A stretch of DNA of 64,000 nt, taken from NCBI GenBank assembly GCA_977018835.1, contig OZ361261.1, positions 2,232,001-2,296,000 on the forward strand. The letters are read 5' to 3'. Positions within the stretch are counted from its first letter, which is position 1. Each line of letters starts with the position of its first letter. The notes beneath the pieces are model-generated. The model saw nothing but the letters and a program-made list of their open reading frames with translations. It searched no databases and was not told the origin of the DNA. Made by a program: the position numbers and the translations under genes. This document shows positions 58,114-64,000 of the stretch, in pieces. Source of the stretch: Minutocellus sp. GHC0000111. Its lineage: Eukaryota.

Positions 58114-58447
58114 GATTAATGGTCGCCCCTTCTCTTTTTCGTTGCTTTCCTCTTCGATCTGGAGAGAAAGGTATGATACACGGCCGAACGAACCAAGACC
58201 GGCACATCAAGCATGCAAAAGCATTCCTGCTTGTTTTTGCGTTCTTCAAGCCGGCCTGACGTGCGTGGCGCGTCCGTACGTTGCGTACGCATGCGTATCA
58301 TGACGCCTGGCTGCGAACTGAACGCGGGGCGAGGGCCTGAACAATGACTGCATGCAATGATTTCGACAGGAGTCTCTAGAGACAATCCTCTATGTGCCGG
58401 TAAATGTGCAGCAGGAAAGTTGAGTAAACTTTTTTTACAATATCAAA

Positions 58448-59131
58448 TTATCGGTAGGGACCTATGCTGATTCCTTTCCCCAAAACTCTGACGAAAGCTT
58501 GATGATAGAGAAGCCAAATTGATTTTCCGTCGCCGCAGTCGCCGCTGGTGGCATCGTGTGAAATGTTGCGTAATTGTTGAGTCTCATTGCTTGGAACAAG
58601 TCGTCGGCGTTGGGAGGTTTGTTGTATAGATTCACCACAATTTGAAAAATGTCTCCAACGCCATCTGCTACTGCTGGCTGTCCAGACGTCACCGGCAACA
58701 AATTCTTTTTTGTAGCTTTCGTAAAAGTCTTTGGCAGAAGCGACGGAGTTTGGATCGGTCGCTGCATTGGATTGCCGTCGCGCGTCTCGTGCCTTGTCCC
58801 TCAAATCTGCCCACCTTCGACCAGCAATGTCTCGATACAGACCCAGCGATTCTTGCTTGGCTACCTTGTGGCTGCCGATGTGACCGCTGGTTTCGTAAAT
58901 CCTCGGAGCGATGAAGTTGATAAGCGCAAAGGCAAGCAATGCGATTATGCCGACGGACACGGCGCCTCGTTTTCGGTTGGCGCACAGTATAGGGCCCAAA
59001 GCTATCACAGCGCCACACACGCAGCTGTCTATTATGGATGGCCACGACCGAATGGGCCGATTGGCAGGATTGAGTGGGTTGGTCTCCTCGTATGAATACC
59101 GCGGACGGTAGTTTTGGGTGTGGGTGGCCAT
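58448..59131 (-). pseudogene. Internally deleted or frameshifted METTL24-like membrane methyltransferase remnant
   Basis: TM, then AKQESLGLYRDI...W..L. After a frameshift near 58700 comes DIFQIVVNLY...LFQAM..NNYATFH...FSIIKL..EFW. These recall the two ends of METTL24-like proteins, and the SAM-binding core is absent. Confidence 0.45.
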
Positions 59132-59800
59132 TGGTTATGTTGTTGGCTATTGGCGTGTGAACGCGAAGAGAGATGGCGGGTAGATCAGAGGAGATGCTCG
59201 AATTATCAGTGATGACGAACACACAAAGACGGCCCAGGCACCCAGACAACTCACGCAAGGTGTGGTAGTACGTTCGCGTCCAGCACAGAGGAACTGCCGA
59301 TACACTGACGGCATGTATCATATCATGCGCATGATGTGATTGCGTGGGGGCCATTGCCGATGCCAGCTTGCCATTGCAAGGAGCCAGGGAGGGCATAAGT
59401 GTTGGTGTACGTGTTGTACGTAGAATTACGAACAGGCGATTAGTACTTCAAGAGAGATAATTTTCGGGATTCCACCATTATTCCATCCACTACATACACG
59501 GTTTTGTCGACTCAACATCCCAAGTAGATCTACATGTACCGGTACATGTACGTGTATAGGTACAAGTAGCTTCTACGTAGCTACGTAGCTAATTAAGGGA
59601 GCACTCCTGCACGCCAAAAAGCTTTAGCTTTAGTGTAAAATGTATGTAAGGTAGCTCCGCGGAATGAAAACTTTGTTTTCTTTCCTCTCAATAATAATGC
59701 GTAACAGACGAAGACAATTTCCTGTCTGCCTGTCCGTGTGCGATCAAATCCTTCTTTTCAGTGATAGCACCCAATTAATGTTGTGTCGATAAGCTGCCAA

Positions 59801-60385
59801 TTAATCATCTCCGATAAGGTCGATAAGTTCCTCCTCCTTTCCGGGAAGACCGACGATTTCCACCTCAAAGATAATGGTTGCATCCGAGGGGATCCTTGGC
59901 TTGCCTGCACTGGCCGGTCGTCCCTTGCTACCAAAGGCAAGCTTTCCGGGCACCGTGATGATCCAACGATCGCCGACGCGCATCATGGGCAATACCTCCT
60001 CCACGCCCTTGATAAGGCCACCGGATCCGACGCGAGTGTAATACGGCTCGGGAGTTTCAAAGATGTCATCAATTTTGTTTCCGTTCTCCTTGACGACGGC
60101 CTTGAAACGGATGCCAGCAAGCTCACCCACGGAGGGCTTGGGGCCGGTGCCTTGACCACCTCGTATTGCACACCGGAGGGGAGGGTAACAGTGTCCTCGG
60201 CGAGGGCGGGCATGGCCTGGCCGGTAAGGACGGCACCGGCAGTTGCAAGCGCACCGGCCTTGACAAAGTCCAATCTGGACATGCCAGCCATATTCATCTC
60301 GGTCGACGTTCGGGTGAACGCGGCTGGAAGGAGCAAAGGCTCCGGCGAGACCAACTGTTGCGAGGAGGGGGAGGACGACGCGCAT
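59801..60385 (-). CDS. Thylakoid-lumen FKBP-type peptidyl-prolyl isomerase (FKBP16-3-like) with two compensating frameshifts
   Basis: MRVVLPLLATVGLAGA-FAP bipartite signal. The alternate frame at about 60150-60325 holds the lumenal peptide SRLDFVKAG...PALA and TLPSGVQYEVVK. The main frame resumes GTGPKP...LIKGVEE..MRVGDR...PRIPSDATIIFEVE. Confidence 0.85.
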   Translation of the reverse strand: MRVVLPLLATVGLAGAFAPSSRVHPNVDRDEYGWHVQIGLCQGRCACNCRCRPYRPGHARPRRGHCYPPLRCAIRGGQGTGPKPSVGELAGIRFKAVVKENGNKIDDIFETPEPYYTRVGSGGLIKGVEEVLPMMRVGDRWIITVPGKLAFGSKGRPASAGKPRIPSDATIIFEVEIVGLPGKEEELIDLIGDD

Positions 60386-60873
60386 GATGTATTATATTTC
60401 TCTTTTTAAGAGGGCGCTGTCCATAACTTTTAGGAAGCCCCCAAAATGCGTGTTTTGTGCCGTTTTTTCTTCGCACCATCGCCGAAGTTAGCACTCCAAC
60501 GTGACAATGGGCTCCTCATCGAAGGCCGCCGCTCTCCACAGTGGCGAAGAGTCATCGACGTTCCTTTCAGCATTAAGTCGGAAATCCCTCCAGGAACACT
60601 TGGTTCAGAGGAACTTCGATGAATCAACTCTCCCTCAGAAACACAACAGTCGACGTGCACATCATCGTCGGATCGACCGAAATTAGTCTCGGCCGACGCA
60701 TAACCAGCATTGGTGGTGCTGGTGGGAAGATATCTTGAAGTTTTGCTGTTGGGAGGTAAGGGGATATTTGTTTGGGGTATTTTTGCACGTCTCCCTCATT
60801 TGGGGTTCTTTTTGTAAGGTTCTCATCGAAGAGCGTGTCTTGCGCCAGAACCGACACAAAACAAAAAACAACC

Positions 60874-62650
60874 ATGGAAACATCACGTGCTAACGCCAAG
60901 GAGGCAATCCTCTCACTCTTGCTCTCATTCCCAGACGACGTCAGATGTACTTACTACACTATTGATGAGCTTGTCCGCATCTTGATGCGCGGTGGCGCAT
61001 CGCCGAGCTTAGAGATCTCTCTTGTTCGATCATCTCTTCAACACGTCCCAACACGACACGAGGTCAATGTCCAACGACGACGTCCAGAGAAAACATCAGG
61101 CCTTGACGTTGCAAAGCCCTTCTACCGCTTCTCCAGAATAGCCGATAACGCCAGCCCACGCTCTCAACGCAATGGCAAGCGATCACTGCCGACCATGCCT
61201 GAAAATTGCTTCCAGGACGATGAAAAGCATGGGCCCCATCTCAACGCGATGCTGAAACGTTGTTCCGACGAGTTCTTCGGGCGGTCGGTCATCTACTCCC
61301 ACCGCCAACGCTACCGATCGTCCCAACATCACCGGCGTGCAGCTCAACGGCAAAAGAATTGTGGTTGAGATGAAGCAGCTGTGTGATTAAGTGCAGAATC
61401 TCCACCGATCGTGCGGCAATCTGTGTCTCTCGGCCGAGCCAGTTCGGCGTGGATTCGGCGTTGCATTTGAATGGCGATGCGACAGATGCAACCAACCTTT
61501 TTGTTTTTGCACTTGGATCGGCCAAAGGTCAGAAGTTGTGTGCCCCGGCAGAAAGCATTCTAGAAGTCAGGCTGGAATGAACTTGGAGCTGATGGAGGCA
61601 GCGGAAGATGAGGCCATGCACGCAAGTCGCTTCATGAATTTCTGCACGAAGGCCGACATCGTCCATCCGACCGAAAGAATGCCCGACAGGTGGAAAAGAA
61701 ATGCAGAGCAGCGGCTATTGAAGCAGCTGATGAAATCATTGACGAGAATGGGGCAAAAGCACATGCCGCTAGCAGCAAGACTGTTGAGTTTGAACAAGGC
61801 GGCGAGATGCACACGGCGGCGGTGGTTACGGTGGCCCAAGACGGCAGCGCCCTCAAACGCGACTACGGCCATTGCTACACTGGCTCTGCTGCAGCGGCAT
61901 TTGCCGTAGACAAGGAAACTGGCCTTGTTGTTGACAAGGGAATCTCTCAGGCAAGCTGCCACTGTTGCGTGAGAGCCTGCAATGCAAGATTGAGGGAGAG
62001 GCGGGAAGCCGGCAATCCAATGACGCCGAGTGAGCTAAAAACATGAGCAAGGATGAGACACTGGCCCTGCACGACCATGATGGCTTCTGCTGTCGCAACT
62101 CTTCCTGCTCCCCCGGTGTGGCAGAGGAGCATCTGGCCGAGAATGTTGGGAGTTGAAAATTTTAATGCCATCCCCCGACCACGCATCAATCGGATGAAAC
62201 AGGACATTTCGAAGATTACTGATCGGCACAAGCACAGCGTTCTCGATCAGCCCGATGGTGCTGTGTCCGAGGAGGAAAAACAAAGTCATCTGGCCCTCCT
62301 TCAGAAAGAACTCCAGTCCGTCGTTCGTCACCAATGTGGCATTCACACTTTTTGCACCACCAACACGTGTGATTGGATTCGCCTCAGCATTGCTCATCCT
62401 GATTGGAGTGATGGCAAGCTCGATGAGGAATGGAGTTCGGGGAATCAATTCGATGGCGACATGTTGGAGATTAGTGACGACACGATTCGCAAGATGACGC
62501 TTGAAATGACCAAGAGAATCAACAAGAATGCTGCCGACTCCAACTGCAAGAAGGAATCTACCACCGGCGTAGAACAGCTCAACGGGATGGTGACGAAGTT
62601 CACGATGGGGAAAAGGCCGAATTTGACTGCTTCAGACGCCTCCAGGTCCT
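60874..62650 (+). pseudogene. Degraded DDE transposase (Kolobok / Mutator-like PF20700 type)
   Basis: Across frameshifts and stops: H..C...GFG...WRCDRC, VAQDGSALKR.YGH, ETGLVVD....SCHCC, H..FCCRN.SCS....E, HQCGIHTFC and TTGVEQLNGMVTKFTMGKR. The central DGD/CxxH segment and the C-terminus appear to be missing. Confidence 0.72.
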
Positions 62651-63617
62651 CCTCCGTCGGCACCAGCATTTCTTCGCAGACGCATTTCTGAAAGAAGAGT
62701 GTGCCGCACATTGAGCAGCTTCGGTTGGCGGCAGTGCAGCAAGCAGGGGGCATTGGCGGCCTCTCTCTGGTCTCGTCCCAATTACCGAATGTGTCTGCCT
62801 CCGGCGCTGCCGTCGGATCATCGTCGGCTTCCTCACAAACGGCCGCAACAAGAGCATCCGTGTCCGATCTGATCGCTGCTGATGGCCCACCATCTACCTG
62901 CAGAAGTTGGCCCATTCCAACAACATCAAAATCAACTAGTCCAATCCCAGCAGTAGAGTGTGTGTCATCACATGGAGCCACACGCCATCGGTGGAACTTT
63001 GTCAATTTGATCACATGGCCCTGTTGTAGACTTCGGGCCTTTTCGGCAATTGTCAGGGCAACACGAGCGACGACAAGCTCTCCGCTTCCATCAAGCAAAG
63101 TGAGCGATGTGGTGTTGAAAGGTCGGCCGTGCGCAGCAAGAGCCGATCCAATGTCGATCCGTTTCCCATGAAGTTGAAATATAGGGAAGAATTCAGGTCC
63201 GGCGTCAAACATGGGATCTTGCAATTGATCGACGATGCCGACCGTCAGCCTCAACTTCACATCAGCCACGGACAGGTTGGCAACTACGAGGCCGGGCCGC
63301 TCAGCAGCGACATCAATGTCATCCCGAACATGATGCTTATCAGCGCGAGCCTCGACTGCTTTGACAAGATGTTGAAGTGCATGGCCGACGCCGGGATTGT
63401 TCCATAATTCTCGTCCTTGTCCGTTCGGGTCGTTCTCCAACGTGACGGCGAGGCCCTCCAGCATCTCGGCAACGGCGTCTTTCGCTTTGTCCTCCGCCTT
63501 CTCTTTCTTCTTGTCAACAGGCAAAATCGGGCGACCGGAGTTATCTGTCTTGAGTTTCCGCAACCGCGTATCTGCGTTGTGGGCCGGGCCGGCACTATTA
63601 TCAGCGCTGCGCTTCAT
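62640..63617 (-). CDS. Second transposon ORF: RPA70N-like OB fold plus truncated Cys-rich (KolX-like) region
   Basis: LTVGIVDQL...PIFQL...LTLLDGSG..VVARVA...L.QGHVIKLTKF...IGLVDFDVVG resembles the RPA1 N-terminal OB fold. It is followed by CCT....CSMCG..F..CVC. The frame then runs antisense through the transposase to 62445. Confidence 0.6.
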
Positions 63618-63928
63618 CGTAATGAAGAGGGGGCAGAGCGGCGATTCTCATGGTGGGGTCGAGTTTTTGTCATGCTTCGCTCGTCATGAGAAATAAGAAT
63701 AAGGGGGATTAAAAACGGGGAAAATTATGGACAGCGCCCTCTTAAACAAATGTTTTATGATGCAATCAACCCCCCGATCGGATATCATGTTTCGCTGACG
63801 CGACGCGTGCGTGTTCCTTGCTGCGTGCGGCTGGCCACTCCCCACAGATGAAAATCCATGAAATCAAGAAAAACTTGGATGGGAGAGCAAGGAAAACCCG
63901 CCACATCGATCATTTTCAACGCTTCAAG

Positions 63929-64000
63929 ATGGCCGACGCCGGTGGAAAACCCGCAAGCGGGGCGGCTGCCGCCCAACCAGCCCCTGAGGCCCCTGGACTC
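63929..64000 (+). CDS. Probable 5' end of a gene running off the window
   Basis: CAAGATGGCC start context. MADAGGKPASGAAAAQPAPEAPGL is open to the edge and divergent from FKBP. Confidence 0.45.
   Translation, partial: MADAGGKPASGAAAAQPAPEAPGL

Larger units (their letters stand above)
60410..63741. mobile_element. Kolobok-type DNA transposon, internally deleted (3,332 bp)
   Basis: Perfect 17-bp TIRs GAGGGCGCTGTCCATAA (60410-60426) and TTATGGACAGCGCCCTC (63725-63741), flanked by TTAA at 60406-60409 and 63742-63745. RR...YY termini, two convergent ORFs and transposase motifs. Confidence 0.85.

Noticed and set aside
60406..63745. piggyBac or PIF/Harbinger assignment for the TIR element
   Set aside because: piggyBac ends begin with CC, not GAGG. 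The transposase motifs and second ORF do not resemble Harbinger DDE plus Myb/SANT.

Overview
Eukaryotic nuclear DNA, very likely from a diatom. Support: GT-AG introns, a frustulin-type CEGDCD domain, bipartite plastid presequences (e.g. AGA-FAP) and a protein with KxxK/RxL motifs. The window is gene-dense, with about 30 genes, many head-to-head: NCS2 permease, ATP-PFK, PP2C, two SLC25 carriers, Bacteroidetes-like RluE, a frustulin-domain protein, a COG0523 GTPase, GH18-like, cereblon-like, NVL/Rix7, an LRR protein, retinoblastoma-related, amine oxidase, MDR oxidoreductase, SMP-EF-C2, an SR protein, an F-box-like atypical kinase, bZIP and a lumenal FKBP. Three main observations. (1) A 3,332-bp element at 60410-63741 has 17-bp perfect TIRs and a TTAA target-site duplication. 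It is best read as an internally deleted Kolobok-type DNA transposon with two convergent ORFs, one carrying an RPA-like OB fold. (2) That element and its right flank are strongly depleted of TpA and of Tyr codons, with Cys/His where Tyr is expected. This suggests a RIP-like TpA>TpG/CpA hypermutation of repeats, and is inference. (3) About a third of the host genes carry small frameshifts or in-frame stops. Consensus errors are favoured for the homopolymer indels; a decaying haplotype or duplicate is the alternative. All family calls come from motif recognition by eye; no database searches were run.
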